Shown piece by piece: positions 20,399 to 31,522 of a stretch of 64,000 nt of DNA. The notes beneath the pieces were generated by a model. It searched no databases. It was not told the origin of the DNA and saw only the letters and a list, made by a program, of their open reading frames with translations. A program made the translations under genes and the position numbers. The DNA is from Spirochaetia bacterium (lineage in GTDB: Bacteria; Spirochaetota; Spirochaetia; DSM-27196; Salinispiraceae): positions 288,001-352,000 of the forward strand of contig JBBRCZ010000001.1 in NCBI GenBank assembly GCA_038204425.1. Reading direction: 5' to 3'. Positions within the stretch are counted from its first letter, which is position 1; every line of letters begins with the position of its first letter.

Positions 20399-21073
20399 AT
20401 GGCGCATGTTGAAAAAATTGGTTTTGCCGAAAGAATATCTCACTTTGTAGAAAAATACCGAACGATAGTCATTGTCTTTTCCTTACTTATAGTGGCCGTC
20501 GTTACCTTTCTTTTTGTAAATGATCTTAATACTCAAAACTTAAACATGCAAACTTCTGTGGCGATAGAAAAGATTGAACAAACTTATTCTGAATGGGAAA
20601 TTGCAGAGGAAGGTGTTAAAGCGACATCAGAAGCTGGGCTTATTGTGGTTCTTGATGAAGCCGCGCAGAAAGATGGTGCCTTAAAACAGTTTGCATTGTA
20701 CTATAAGGCGCGTTATTCTTTCCAGAAAAAACTGTTTAATGAAGCCTATGATTTATTCCTGCAGTCAGCAAGCGTACTCGAGGCTTCCTTTCTTTCACCG
20801 AGCGCAGTCTATCTCGCGGCTGTATCCGCTGAAAACGCCAACGAAATAGAAAAAGCTAAGGCATTATATAACCAAATTAGCTCCGGTGACTCTGAGAAGA
20901 ACACTTTTGTACCACGGGCATTGTTTTCGATGGGCAGAATACTTGAATCCGAAAAAAAGTACAAAGAGGCTGAATCCTTCTATCAGCAAGTAGTAGATAA
21001 GTTTAATGTAAGCAATTGGACAAAACTAGCGAAGAACCGTATAATTTTCTTGAAAGCAAATTCGCTACTGTAA
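20399..21073 (+). CDS. Membrane-anchored TPR protein (YfgM-like)
   Basis: N-terminal TM followed by TPR repeats (ALFSMGRILE). SD AGGAG. Confidence 0.75.
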   Translation: MAHVEKIGFAERISHFVEKYRTIVIVFSLLIVAVVTFLFVNDLNTQNLNMQTSVAIEKIEQTYSEWEIAEEGVKATSEAGLIVVLDEAAQKDGALKQFALYYKARYSFQKKLFNEAYDLFLQSASVLEASFLSPSAVYLAAVSAENANEIEKAKALYNQISSGDSEKNTFVPRALFSMGRILESEKKYKEAESFYQQVVDKFNVSNWTKLAKNRIIFLKANSLL

Positions 21074-21102
21074 TTAGCGCAAGTACTTAAAGGAGAATTC
21101 AG

Positions 21103-23448
21103 ATGAGAAAAAGTCAATTTCTTAATCCGAGATACTTCTCGTTTGTAATAGCGATTGTGATCTCAGTCATAGTTTGGGTTTCCCATTCGACCATACTTTT
21201 TAGTAACCTAAACTATACGGTTCTTGATACACTTTTTGCGTTTAAAAGTACTCAGCAGGAAGAAGGAAGCGATTTCTCTAGCAAGATTTCGGAGGACATT
21301 CTGCTGGTCGGCATTGATGACGACAGCCTCTTGGAATTTGGTCGTTGGCCATGGGCTCGGCATAGGCATGCTAACTATTTAAACTTCCTTAGTCGCATCA
21401 ACAATCAAGACAACAGAGAGAGTGCAGCTTTCTTGGATATTTTCTTTTTTGAACCATCCGAGCAAAGTGAAAACGACCTGCTTTTGGCTCAAGCTATAAA
21501 GGATAATAAAAAGGTTTTCTTGGAAACCACGCTTGACGTGCAGGTTCTTGATGGTGAGCTGCAGACATTTACACAAGAGAATCTTAGTAAGGTAATCGAA
21601 CAATTTGGTGTCATAGAGTCTATTCAGGGTGACACCAGTCAGATGCAGCCTTTTATGAGCGGGCACGCGCCGTTGCAGCCCTTTGCTACAGCCAGTAAAG
21701 GTATTGGGCATGCAAGCTATCAACCTGATGAAGACCAAACGTTTCGAAGGCATTTGCTAATAACCAGGGTTTCTCAATTGCAAGAAGAAGTAAGGCTCGA
21801 CGATCTACCAAAAATGAAGCTTGACCTAAGTCTCAATTTTGAACGCTTTGCTTGGACTGACAAATATGGCGCAAGTCACCAAATCAAATGGCCTCTAGAA
21901 GAGGGTGCGTTTGCAGAACTAAAAACCTTAATTGAACGGGATGGGGTAGCGATCAACGAAGACTTTGATGAGTCTGGCTTGGCCACTTCGAGCTCATTCA
22001 TGATTGGGCTCTATAGAGACTACTTTATGCCCTCGATTAACCTAGTACTGGCACTAAATTACTTTAACAAGAAGCTTAGTGACATAGAGGTTATCATCGG
22101 TGAACATGTAAAGATTTCAAAGCCGTCTAAGTTTAATTCAGAATCAGGACAGTGGGAAGACTACCGAATTCGAACCAAGAAGGCGACCTATGACAGTGAA
22201 GGCAATGAATTATCTCCAGCTGAATTTAATCTAGTCCCAGAAATTCTAATACCAATTGACAACAGAGGGCGGATGCTTATTAATTTTCTTGGGCCAAGAA
22301 GCATCCCCGGTGGAAGGCAAACTTTTCCACTTCGGTCTTATCGTGGCTATGCAAATAAGCCAAGTAATCCAGACCCTGACTCTTGGAGAGCTTCTTCAAT
22401 CCGGCTGGAAAACAAAATCGTCATGGCCGGTCCATTCTCGCTTGGTATGGCGGAGGATGAAAAAAAGACGCCATTTGGAACCATGTTTGGCGTTGAGGTA
22501 CATGCTAACGCCTTGAATACAATTTTGATGAACAACTTTATTCATACAGTACCAGATAGTCTCTCGTTTCTATTGCTTTTCTTGTTATCGGTCTTAGTTG
22601 CTTTCTATACCTCTCGTTTGGGTACACATTGGTCAACACTCATTACTTTACTGCTCGTAGTTGCATATTTTCTGTTCTCAAGCTTGGTCTTCGACAGTGA
22701 GGCTTTGCTCTTTGATTTTGCGTCTCCAACAATTGCAGTTCTACTAACCATGTTGGGGGTCATTGCATACAGAGTAATGACCGAAGAAAAAGAAAAACGC
22801 AGAATTCAGTCAATGTTTGGAAAGTACGTCAGCAAGGAAATGGTTGACAGTATGATAGCCACCGGTAGACAGCCGGAGCTTGGCGGAGTAGACAAGGAAA
22901 TAACCGTACTGTTCTCTGATATTAGAGGATTTACTACCTTGTCAGAATCAATGTCACCACAAGAACTTGTAAACCATTTGAATGAATACTTGACTGAAAT
23001 GACCGATATAATCTTTGAGTTCAAAGGGACTCTTGATAAATATGTTGGCGATGAAGTGATGTGTTTCTGGGGAGCCCCCTTGCCACAAGAGGACCATGCA
23101 CTGCTGGCGTGCAAGTGTGCCCTCAAGCAAATGGAACGACTGAATGAACTCAATGCTAAATGGCCACCCGAGAAACGAATTGACATTGGTATTGGTCTAA
23201 ACTCAGGGATTATGACCGTGGGAAACATGGGTTCGCCTGGTCGCCTAAACTATACTCTAATGGGTGACAACGTAAACCTCGGTGCGCGTCTTGAAGGAAC
23301 CAATAAACAGTACTTTACGCATATAATTATCAGTGAGTATACCTATGGATTAGTTAAGGACAAAGTTATTGTCAGGGAACTAGATAACATCCGGGTCAAG
23401 GGCAAGAACAAACCGGTAGTAATTTTTGAGTTAATTGATGTGCTTTAA
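21103..23448 (+). CDS. CHASE2-domain class III adenylate/guanylate cyclase
   Basis: CHASE2 motifs GRWPWAR and GVEVHANAL, three TM helices, then cyclase motifs LFSDIRGFT, DKYVGD and GDNVNLGARLE. Confidence 0.95.
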   Translation: MRKSQFLNPRYFSFVIAIVISVIVWVSHSTILFSNLNYTVLDTLFAFKSTQQEEGSDFSSKISEDILLVGIDDDSLLEFGRWPWARHRHANYLNFLSRINNQDNRESAAFLDIFFFEPSEQSENDLLLAQAIKDNKKVFLETTLDVQVLDGELQTFTQENLSKVIEQFGVIESIQGDTSQMQPFMSGHAPLQPFATASKGIGHASYQPDEDQTFRRHLLITRVSQLQEEVRLDDLPKMKLDLSLNFERFAWTDKYGASHQIKWPLEEGAFAELKTLIERDGVAINEDFDESGLATSSSFMIGLYRDYFMPSINLVLALNYFNKKLSDIEVIIGEHVKISKPSKFNSESGQWEDYRIRTKKATYDSEGNELSPAEFNLVPEILIPIDNRGRMLINFLGPRSIPGGRQTFPLRSYRGYANKPSNPDPDSWRASSIRLENKIVMAGPFSLGMAEDEKKTPFGTMFGVEVHANALNTILMNNFIHTVPDSLSFLLLFLLSVLVAFYTSRLGTHWSTLITLLLVVAYFLFSSLVFDSEALLFDFASPTIAVLLTMLGVIAYRVMTEEKEKRRIQSMFGKYVSKEMVDSMIATGRQPELGGVDKEITVLFSDIRGFTTLSESMSPQELVNHLNEYLTEMTDIIFEFKGTLDKYVGDEVMCFWGAPLPQEDHALLACKCALKQMERLNELNAKWPPEKRIDIGIGLNSGIMTVGNMGSPGRLNYTLMGDNVNLGARLEGTNKQYFTHIIISEYTYGLVKDKVIVRELDNIRVKGKNKPVVIFELIDVL

Positions 23449-24184
23449 AATAAGCCACATGATGACAGCTCTAGATATCGTAATAGCAACAGTTCTGTTA
23501 TCTTGTGGTTTACCTGATCCAGTTGATCTTCTAAAAGAACCTAAGACCGAGACATCAAGTGAAGGAATTAAAGTTCTTGTAAGTTGCACCAATGACTATA
23601 AACAATACGGGCTAAATTTCTATTACTATATTTACAATGCGGATGATGATAGTTCTGCGGGACTAGTGCATAATCAAAAGATTCAGACAATTCTGACTTC
23701 AACTGCCGCAGTAGATGTCACAGCCTCAAGTGCGGCATATTCGCTGTCAAAAAGTGAGAACTTTGCTTTGGTACTCACTAGTGACGTATTTACGATGGAT
23801 CTTCTCAGTCTTAACCCTCCGTTGGCACTAAGGCAATTGGGTGATCCTTTGATCACAGAAGAACGGTCCCTTGTGATCAACTCTAGTAGTCCAATCAATT
23901 TTTTGAAGTTAATTAACAGCGTTAGTAGTTCTCAAGAGTATATTTTAGTCCGGTTGGATCAAAGCAGATTCTATCGTGATAGAATTGTAGAACAGTTGAA
24001 CACTGTTGAGCCAAATTTGCAACCTTTAGATATTAGAAACAGAAATCTCGATACAAATAAACCGTTCTACGTTTCATTTTTCATAGCAAGTTCCGCGCTA
24101 ACCTTCGTTTCGGGACCTGTAACATTGTACTCAATACCAGTCGGATTTGGCTTCTTTAAAATACCTGAGGTAGATCCTTCGTGA
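23438..24184 (+). CDS. Putative lipoprotein
   Basis: Hydrophobic stretch ending in lipobox LLSC. Alternative start at ATG 23459. Confidence 0.65.
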   Translation: MCFKISHMMTALDIVIATVLLSCGLPDPVDLLKEPKTETSSEGIKVLVSCTNDYKQYGLNFYYYIYNADDDSSAGLVHNQKIQTILTSTAAVDVTASSAAYSLSKSENFALVLTSDVFTMDLLSLNPPLALRQLGDPLITEERSLVINSSSPINFLKLINSVSSSQEYILVRLDQSRFYRDRIVEQLNTVEPNLQPLDIRNRNLDTNKPFYVSFFIASSALTFVSGPVTLYSIPVGFGFFKIPEVDPS

Positions 24185-24462
24185 GCTTGTTTCTAGTTCT
24201 GCATATTTTTCTCTATATCTTGGCTTGCTCATCTATGACTGCTCTTATAATTGGCTACTTTTTCGAGCCACTACGACATGAGTTTGTAATTTTTTTCATC
24301 TTGTCAGCAATCTTTACCGCAATAGGCACACTTTTTTCACTATTGTTCTCAAATACAATTAATGTTCCTGTTTTTATCGCTAGGTATCTTGTACCTGTTG
24401 TGTTTAGCATCCTTGGAAACACCTTCTATATTCGTATTAGATTCAACAACACTGACCATTAG
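24181..24462 (+). CDS. Small membrane protein (3 TM)
   Basis: 93 aa, highly hydrophobic, GTGA overlap with the upstream gene. Confidence 0.6.
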   Translation: MSLFLVLHIFLYILACSSMTALIIGYFFEPLRHEFVIFFILSAIFTAIGTLFSLLFSNTINVPVFIARYLVPVVFSILGNTFYIRIRFNNTDH

Positions 24463-24530
24463 TGTGTATAATGTATATTCTGTCTACTAAGATGGCTGGT
24501 GGATCAATTAGAAAACGATGCCGTGTTGCA

Positions 24531-25844
24531 TTAGAATTGATAACGATAGTTGTTGACGCTGTTCAATAGTCCGATCGCAATCATTGAGCTTAGTAAGGCC
24601 GAACCACCATAGGATAGAAAAAGAAGTGGGATCCCAGTTATCGGCATTAGACCAATAGTCATACCTATATTGACCAAATAGTGGAAAAGCAACAAAGAAG
24701 AAATGCCTGTTGCAATTGATACACCAAAAAGATCACGCGCTTTGCTTGCGATATAGAATCCTCTTAAGATCAAAACTAAGTACATAGCAGAAATTAACAA
24801 GCCTCCAACAAACCCAAATTCTTCGCTAACGATCGAAAAAATAAAATCGGTACTTTGTTCTGGCAAGTACCTCAAATGACTCTGTGTGCCCAGAAGAAAT
24901 CCTTTGCCCCAGAATCCACCGGAGCCAACTGCTGTGATTGATTGGATTATGTTCCAGCCAGCTCCGCGTGCATCGATTTGGGGATCAAGAAAGACGACCA
25001 AGCGCTTTATTTGATAATCTCGCAGTACCTCTCGAGCCGCAAGAGACAACAAATATGACAGAAGCACTATCAAGACTACATAGCATATCCAATAGAAATA
25101 GTTTTTCTTCAGAATGCGCAGCGAGATAAAGCTGACTATGACGATTCCGGCCAAGGCGGAAATTAAAATAACGATGAGTTTTCTATCGTTGAAGACAGAC
25201 ATCCAAGCGATTCTTCCGTTGTAAAGATATTTGTCCCAGGATGGTAACAAAACGAATAAGGCTGTTAGCACGAATATTAGAGATAAAAAGAGCACATATC
25301 TGCTTGGATAGTTGGCGAGATAGCAGACAAATAGAAAAATAGGAATAAATACTAGCGAAGTACCAAGATCTGGCTGAAGTAGAATAAATAGTATTGGAAG
25401 CGCGACGACCAAAAGGTTATTTGTAAAACTAAATAATTTGTTGGTTCTAATGGTGGTTTTGTCTATTCTTTTTGCGAGATAGAGAATAGTGGCGATTTTT
25501 AAGAACTCCGATGGTTGGATACCCAACTCGCCTATTCCAATCCAACTTTTGGCTCCATTCACAACCTTTCCGGAAAATACCGTTATCAATACAAGTGTTA
25601 GAAAAAATAAGTAGTAGTAGACGCTAAACTCCCGGTGAAACTCATATTTGACTAAGGAGAAGACGACATATAGTGCTAAACCAAGTACAGCCCAAATTAT
25701 TTGCTTCAACCACTCGTTTGAAACCAATGTACCATCTGAGTTTATCCCGCTCGAGTAGATAAAGAAAATACCAATTATCACCAAACCAAAGAGAGGCAAA
25801 AAAAGATACGGATCAATTTTTAGGTTCAATGATGGTTTATTCAT
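24531..25844 (-). CDS. rodA: Rod shape-determining protein RodA (SEDS)
   Basis: IQPSEFLK, QPDLGT, LPEQSTDFIF and SYGGS motifs. Confidence 0.96.
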   Translation of the reverse strand: MNKPSLNLKIDPYLFLPLFGLVIIGIFFIYSSGINSDGTLVSNEWLKQIIWAVLGLALYVVFSLVKYEFHREFSVYYYLFFLTLVLITVFSGKVVNGAKSWIGIGELGIQPSEFLKIATILYLAKRIDKTTIRTNKLFSFTNNLLVVALPILFILLQPDLGTSLVFIPIFLFVCYLANYPSRYVLFLSLIFVLTALFVLLPSWDKYLYNGRIAWMSVFNDRKLIVILISALAGIVIVSFISLRILKKNYFYWICYVVLIVLLSYLLSLAAREVLRDYQIKRLVVFLDPQIDARGAGWNIIQSITAVGSGGFWGKGFLLGTQSHLRYLPEQSTDFIFSIVSEEFGFVGGLLISAMYLVLILRGFYIASKARDLFGVSIATGISSLLLFHYLVNIGMTIGLMPITGIPLLFLSYGGSALLSSMIAIGLLNSVNNYRYQF

Positions 25845-27729
25845 TCAAAATTGTATCCTGACTCAAAGAGAAAATTTCCGGTTGTGACAAGTACCACAAG
25901 GGCTGCAGATCTTTGACAGTTTGTTCATAGTTAAGACCTGTAAAGATACCGTGATAGATTAGATTGGCGGCCTTTGGCGCCCACCAATCCCAAATGTTGA
26001 CGGCGTCAACCCAAACAGCTACTACGTAGACATCTTCAATACTCTGATAGTCATATGGTGCAAAGGCGACAAACCAAGAGTGTTTGGTTTCTTCAAACCC
26101 GGTTTGTGCTGTTCCGGTTTTTCCTGCAATCTTCACCGCCTTGGTAGTTATTACTTCTTTTGCTGTTCCATCAGTAATTACCAAACGCATAGCCTCTCGC
26201 ACCTGTTGATACACATCTTTTCTCAATTGGAGATCATAAAGAACTTTTTTTTGATTCTCTAAGACAACGTCATAGCTTGAAGAACTTCTTATTTCTTTCA
26301 TTAAGTGGGGTTGGTACACTATCCCTTCATTCACAATCCCTGAGACCATGTTTGCAAGTTGCAATGGTGTGGTAACAAGGTAGCCCTGCCCGATACTCAA
26401 GTTTACCGTGTCACCGCCAACCCATGCTACTCCCGTGTTTTCCTTCTTCCACGCAGCATTGGGAACAAAACCTGCAACCTCTCCGGGCAAGTCAATCCCC
26501 GAAAGTTGTCCAAAACCAAATAGCTCCGCGTATCTTGCTATTTTTTCTACTCCAAGATGTTCAAGACCTAAGGTATAATAGTAAATGTTGCATGACTCAG
26601 CCAAAGCCGAATACAGATTCATGTAACCGTGCCCAGTTTTTAAGTGGTCATTGAATCTTCTATTTCCAATTTGCAGCCAACCTTTGCACAGGATAGTAGA
26701 TGACTTTGGAAAAGCATTTTCTTGAAGACTTGCTGCGGTCATAATAATCTTGAATGTCGATGCTGGAGCAGCCGCCGATTGTATAGCTCGGTTTAGGAAC
26801 GGACTCCTTTGGTCCCGTTGAAGATTGGCAAATTGGCCTTGTGTATCATCAGAGTAGAAACTGTTTGGATTGTAGCTTGGATATGATACCAAAGAAACTA
26901 TTTCACCACTTGATGGTTTAATAACCACAGCTGCCCCTACCCGATTACCTAGTGCTCGAACCGACAGTTCCTGAATCCTTTTGTCTATAGAAAGTACTAA
27001 GTGGTTGCCAAGTTCGGGTGGTATGATTGTCGTCTCAAGATTGTCAACTCCCTTTCCGCGAGCGTCAACTCTTTGAAAGACGATACCATCTTTTCCCCGT
27101 AAGACGTCATCATATACTTTTTCTATTCCATTTTTGCCAACCAAAGAGTTTCTAGTGTATCCTTGATTAAAAAGTACTTGAATTTCCTCCGGTGTAATTT
27201 CTCCAATATAACCTAGCACGTGGGACAAATTGTGAGACAGGTTATACAATCGCTTACTGCGTTGGCTCCAAGAGATGCCTGGAAAATCATCTACTCGCTC
27301 GGCAAAATAGACAAGATCTCTATAGGAAATATCTTTCCTTAGTTCTATTGGTTTGTAGAACTTAAGATTTTTTGGAAGCATGTTGAGAAAATGGTCGACA
27401 GGAACATTAAAGTATGCTGAAAGACTGGTGAGTACCTGACGAAGTTGAAGTTCACTACCAAAATCAGGCAAAAGATTTAGAGAATAGCTGGTAAAACTAC
27501 TAGCTATTGGTGAATCAAAGTTTCTGTCATAAATTTCACCCCTTTTGGCAAAAATAGTGTCTGATCGACTAGAACTTTGCCTAGACGCCTGCTCAAAATG
27601 GGCTTTTTGAACAACTTGCATTGAATATAATCGCCCGAGGTATAGCAGTGCAACAAATATTGAAAAAATGCCTGCTGCAATAAATCTTAATCTGTTGGCT
27701 CGATTGAAACCAACTTCCTCTGCGCTCAT
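25837..27729 (-). CDS. mrdA: Penicillin-binding protein 2
   Basis: RGEIYDRN, SxxK (STFK), SCN and KTGTAQ motifs. Lies between mreD and rodA. Confidence 0.96.
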   Translation of the reverse strand: MSAEEVGFNRANRLRFIAAGIFSIFVALLYLGRLYSMQVVQKAHFEQASRQSSSRSDTIFAKRGEIYDRNFDSPIASSFTSYSLNLLPDFGSELQLRQVLTSLSAYFNVPVDHFLNMLPKNLKFYKPIELRKDISYRDLVYFAERVDDFPGISWSQRSKRLYNLSHNLSHVLGYIGEITPEEIQVLFNQGYTRNSLVGKNGIEKVYDDVLRGKDGIVFQRVDARGKGVDNLETTIIPPELGNHLVLSIDKRIQELSVRALGNRVGAAVVIKPSSGEIVSLVSYPSYNPNSFYSDDTQGQFANLQRDQRSPFLNRAIQSAAAPASTFKIIMTAASLQENAFPKSSTILCKGWLQIGNRRFNDHLKTGHGYMNLYSALAESCNIYYYTLGLEHLGVEKIARYAELFGFGQLSGIDLPGEVAGFVPNAAWKKENTGVAWVGGDTVNLSIGQGYLVTTPLQLANMVSGIVNEGIVYQPHLMKEIRSSSSYDVVLENQKKVLYDLQLRKDVYQQVREAMRLVITDGTAKEVITTKAVKIAGKTGTAQTGFEETKHSWFVAFAPYDYQSIEDVYVVAVWVDAVNIWDWWAPKAANLIYHGIFTGLNYEQTVKDLQPLWYLSQPEIFSLSQDTILNE

Positions 27730-28238
27730 AGACTTTTATACCCACGCTGTTGAAACACTTTGTCCATGAGTCTAAGCAGGAGAAAAATTAAAGGCGAAAG
27801 TACAATTGTGGAAAAGAGCTCAAAAAGATGATTTAACGTAAAAAGTTGATCGGTGATAAAATTGAGGCCAAGTACCCAAGACAATATGAGGATCAAGACG
27901 AATCTAGACAGCATTGAGACTGAGACTATTAGCAAGGGTATAAACAAAAAATCGAGTTTGACGACGTTTACAAAGCGACCTATGGCGTAACCAGACAATG
28001 ACATTACGAAGATGTAAAATCCAAAGGGCCCACTTGAAAAACAGTCGGCAATAAGACCTGTAACGATACCAAGCAATAAGCCAAGGCTCGGTCCGTTCTT
28101 GAAAGAAAAATATACAAGCACAGCGAATGCCAGGTTTGGAAAAAGTCCCGTTTGTAAGAAGTTTGAGATTAGAGTTGAAGAAAGCAGCAGTGTAAGAAAT
28201 TCAATTAGTGAATATACTAAGATATGGATGGACTTCAT
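27726..28238 (-). CDS. mreD: Rod shape-determining protein MreD
   Basis: Hydrophobic, with GLIAD and PFG motifs. Position in the mre operon. Confidence 0.88.
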   Translation of the reverse strand: MKSIHILVYSLIEFLTLLLSSTLISNFLQTGLFPNLAFAVLVYFSFKNGPSLGLLLGIVTGLIADCFSSGPFGFYIFVMSLSGYAIGRFVNVVKLDFLFIPLLIVSVSMLSRFVLILILSWVLGLNFITDQLFTLNHLFELFSTIVLSPLIFLLLRLMDKVFQQRGYKSL

Positions 28239-29074
28239 TGCAAACCACCAATTAGGACATAGATATAGTCAAGTTTGCCGAAGATACATAATGGTTTGAT
28301 GGATAGCTCCAAGAAGGACTCATAAGGTTTTTTTTCGATAGCTTCAACCGTTCCTATCGGTATCCCAGCTGGAAAAATAGAGTTTAGACCCGATGTACTA
28401 ACTTCATCACCAATCTTTAACTGGTTCCTGGCAGCTGGATCAATGTATGTCATGGTGAGATTCTGTTCACCGCTTCCATTTCCTATCAGGAGGCCTTCAA
28501 ATCGACTCGTGCTCAGGCGACCACCTATATTGCTGCGTCTATCATACAATGGCTGAATTCGCGAACTAAATGGAGCTACTGTGCTGATCTTTCCAACCAA
28601 ACTTTGCTTTCCATCTTGGATTACAATGACTGGCATGTCTTTTCGAACGCCATCGTTATAGCCTTTGTTGACCGTAATGGTAGAAAAAATAATCCCCGGG
28701 TCCTTACCTATTACCTGTGCAACCAGTGTTGAAAAGCTAAGACCCCCCTTTAGGTTTAGAATCTCTCCCAACCTAAAATTTTGTTGTCGTAGACTATCAA
28801 TGTCACTTTGCTGTTCCTCTAAGGTACGCAGGCGAGCCACGACCTGATTATAATCTTTCCTTAGTGTCTCAAGCGTTTGCGCAGAATTTACTGTATCGTT
28901 ATACAATCCACCAATCGCGTTGGTGGAATTTTGAAAGAAAGATCCAATGGCCAATCCAAGATCTTTGGGACTTCCCAGTGATGTAGTTTCAGAAAACCAC
29001 ATACTTATAGTTGAACCACTAAGAACAAAAAGAAGCAAAATAATCGTACTGTTTCGTTTAAGAAAATCCTTCAT
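28235..29074 (-). CDS. mreC: Rod shape-determining protein MreC
   Basis: TM plus coiled coil, with NKGYNDGV and TSGLNSIFPAGIPIG motifs. Confidence 0.95.
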   Translation of the reverse strand: MKDFLKRNSTIILLLFVLSGSTISMWFSETTSLGSPKDLGLAIGSFFQNSTNAIGGLYNDTVNSAQTLETLRKDYNQVVARLRTLEEQQSDIDSLRQQNFRLGEILNLKGGLSFSTLVAQVIGKDPGIIFSTITVNKGYNDGVRKDMPVIVIQDGKQSLVGKISTVAPFSSRIQPLYDRRSNIGGRLSTSRFEGLLIGNGSGEQNLTMTYIDPAARNQLKIGDEVSTSGLNSIFPAGIPIGTVEAIEKKPYESFLELSIKPLCIFGKLDYIYVLIGGLQ

Positions 29075-29086
29075 CCTTGATTGAGA

Positions 29087-30124
29087 CTAAGTATTGAGGT
29101 TGCTATACATGCTTCGAGACTTGTTGATCCCCTTAGCATGTTCGAAATACATACCTGCACCGATAGCAACGCATTCTAGGGGAGCCTCCGCTCTAAATGC
29201 CGGTACGCCTGTCTCATTTGAGATAAGTATATCAAGGCCCTTGAGCAAAGAACCGCCGCCGGTCATAACTATACCTCTTTCAACGATATCCGCAGCTAGT
29301 TCTGGCGGAGTCTGACTAAGTGTTTTCTTAATTTCTTCGATAATAGCGTTGATTGGCTCTTGCAGAGCGTCACGAACTTCCACACTATCGATCTCTAAAC
29401 GCCTTGGAAGTCCAGTATGTGCGTCTGTGCCTTTGATTTCCATTTTTTCTATTTTTTTGTCCGGAGTAGCATTTCCGATATTTTTTTTCAGCTCTTCAGC
29501 AGTTCGTTCTCCAATAATTAAGTTGTGAACATTCCTCACATGCTTAATTATTGCCTCATCAAATTCATCACCACCAACTCTAATTGCGTTGGTGACTACC
29601 ATTCCGCCCAAGGAAATAACTGATATTTCGCTGGTGCCACCGCCTATGTCCACAACCATGTGTCCTGCTGGTTCATATATCGGTATGTTCGCCCCAATTG
29701 CGGCCGCAAGGGATTCTTCTATTACCTTGACTTCGCGTGCTCCGGCTTTTAGTGCCGAATCATACACTGCTCGACGTTCGACGTCAGTTATACATGAAGG
29801 GACGCCAATTACCATTCGTGGCTTTACAAAAGGATGCTTTGGTAGAACCTTGTTGATGAAATAACGAATCATCTTTTCTGTAGTATCCATATCAGCTATT
29901 ACACCATCTCTTAGTGGTCGTATGGCAATAATGTCACCTGGCGTCCTATACAACATTCGCTTGGCTTCCTCGCCAACAGCAACTACTTTTTTTGTTCCTC
30001 GTTCAACAGCAACTACTGATGGTTCATTGGCGAGGATACCCTTGCCGCGAACATATACCAAGGTGTTACAAGTACCTAAATCAATACCAAGATCGTTCGA
30101 AAACGCGGACATAAAACCAGCCAC
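29087..30124 (-). CDS. mreB: Actin-like MreB
   Basis: [21 protein letters not shown] and TGGGSLL motifs. GTG start with SD GGAGG. Confidence 0.98.
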   Translation of the reverse strand: MAGFMSAFSNDLGIDLGTCNTLVYVRGKGILANEPSVVAVERGTKKVVAVGEEAKRMLYRTPGDIIAIRPLRDGVIADMDTTEKMIRYFINKVLPKHPFVKPRMVIGVPSCITDVERRAVYDSALKAGAREVKVIEESLAAAIGANIPIYEPAGHMVVDIGGGTSEISVISLGGMVVTNAIRVGGDEFDEAIIKHVRNVHNLIIGERTAEELKKNIGNATPDKKIEKMEIKGTDAHTGLPRRLEIDSVEVRDALQEPINAIIEEIKKTLSQTPPELAADIVERGIVMTGGGSLLKGLDILISNETGVPAFRAEAPLECVAIGAGMYFEHAKGINKSRSMYSNLNT

Positions 30125-30133
30125 AAAAACCTC

Positions 30134-31084
30134 CTAAGAATTCAGTCTACTTATTGCACCTGTATGTTTTGAATCGAGCACAAAGGCCTGTCTCCATTGT
30201 GCGCGAGCTTTGACCGTATCGCCTTTTGACGAAAATATTTCCCCAAGGAAAAAATAAGCATCAGCTGACGAAGAGTTGATCTCTATTGCTTTGTTGCAAG
30301 CTTCCAATGCGTCATCATATTGTTTTTTTTTGATCAAAAGATCCGCTTTTTTAACGTACGCCTTTTCCAAGGCTATTTTGTCCTTGGAAACCTTGATGAC
30401 ATCCGCTACGACTTGCAAAGCGCCATCAATATTTGAGCTCATGTCATAAGTGTTTGCTAGTGCAAGGTTGACTAGGTCTCTATTGTTAAGTTGTATTGAT
30501 TTTTTGAAGTACTGAGCTGCACTTTCAAAGCGACTAAAACTTGCTTCAATCAGGCCAAGATACTCGAAAACATCGTATGAGTGGTATCCCAAATCCACGG
30601 TTTTCTTTAAGTGAGTAAGACTTTCTGTTTGGAAAAAGTATCCAAGCTGATAGTAGGCTTTGCCAAGAATATAGTATACGTCAGCATTTTTCCTAAACGG
30701 TTCGACTACTAATGCCTTTCGCAAGCTGAGAATTGATTCATGTAGAAACCTGTTCTTTTGTTCAAATTCGTCTTGAGAAACCGCCAAATAGAAAGCGGAA
30801 AATCCATTAAAGATGAGTGCTTCATGATCCAACGGGTTGCCATTTAGAGTCAGTACGCTTTTATTGTATACATTGAGATAATCTTCTGCATCCCAAAAGA
30901 CTGCGTAGTCGACTACTATCTCAGCGCTTGTTTCAACGCTTTGCTCACTTGGGATATTTGATGTGTTTTTAAGCACCAATACTACAGTCACGAGCGTAGA
31001 GACTATCAATACTCCAACAACAAGTAGTAATATTTTTTTGGATATTTTTGTTTTTATAAAGTTAGTACGAATTCCAAAACTCAT
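30134..31084 (-). CDS. Membrane-anchored TPR protein heading the mre operon
   Basis: N-terminal TM and multiple TPRs (YYILGKAYY, AYFFLGEIF). Confidence 0.8.
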   Translation of the reverse strand: MSFGIRTNFIKTKISKKILLLVVGVLIVSTLVTVVLVLKNTSNIPSEQSVETSAEIVVDYAVFWDAEDYLNVYNKSVLTLNGNPLDHEALIFNGFSAFYLAVSQDEFEQKNRFLHESILSLRKALVVEPFRKNADVYYILGKAYYQLGYFFQTESLTHLKKTVDLGYHSYDVFEYLGLIEASFSRFESAAQYFKKSIQLNNRDLVNLALANTYDMSSNIDGALQVVADVIKVSKDKIALEKAYVKKADLLIKKKQYDDALEACNKAIEINSSSADAYFFLGEIFSSKGDTVKARAQWRQAFVLDSKHTGAISRLNS

Positions 31085-31101
31085 ATATTATTGCCATGAT
31101 T

Positions 31102-31130
31102 ATTACACAGCATTGATCTCAAAAAGTCAA
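31102..31130 (-). promoter_or_regulatory. Putative promoter TTGACT-N17-TGTAAT for the TPR-mreBCD-mrdA-rodA operon
   Basis: Hexamer pair in the intergenic gap downstream of rnpB. Confidence 0.45.
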
Positions 31131-31170
31131 TCGGCTTTGTAGAGATTGTTGATATGTTGTGGACAAAAAA

Positions 31171-31516
31171 GTGCAGGCCTATAAGCCGGGTTCTGTACCC
31201 TTTCAGGCGGATATCATCTATCTTGCAGTGCGTTTTTGCACCTTTAGCAACCTACCCATACATGTTCATTAAATGAAGGGTGGAAATCCCCATGTACTGC
31301 TTGGTTTTGCTCCCGACAAGGTTTGCCCTGCCCCTATTGTTACCAATAGGGCGGTGGGCTCTTACCCCACCATTTCACCCTTACCTTCCGGCGGTATATT
31401 TTCTGTGGCACTATCTATAGACAAATATTGTCTTCCGGCAATTAACCGGTGTCGTTTTCCATGGAGCCCGGACTTTCCTCCATACTACAAGAGTATGGCG
31501 ATACCCCAGCCTGCAC
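31171..31516 (-). ncRNA. rnpB: RNase P RNA
   Basis: The minus strand has GAGGAAAGTCCGGGCTCC near the 5' end and ACAGAACCCGGCTTATAG near the 3' end. The P1 helix GTGCAGG/CCTGCAC closes the ends, followed by a T-run. Confidence 0.96.
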
Positions 31517-31522
31517 CTACTT

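Noticed and set aside
31158..31166. DnaA-box-like TTGTCCACA (minus strand) and a partial NrdR-box resemblance
   Set aside because: It is a single imperfect site, with no box cluster or dnaA and no nrd gene nearby.
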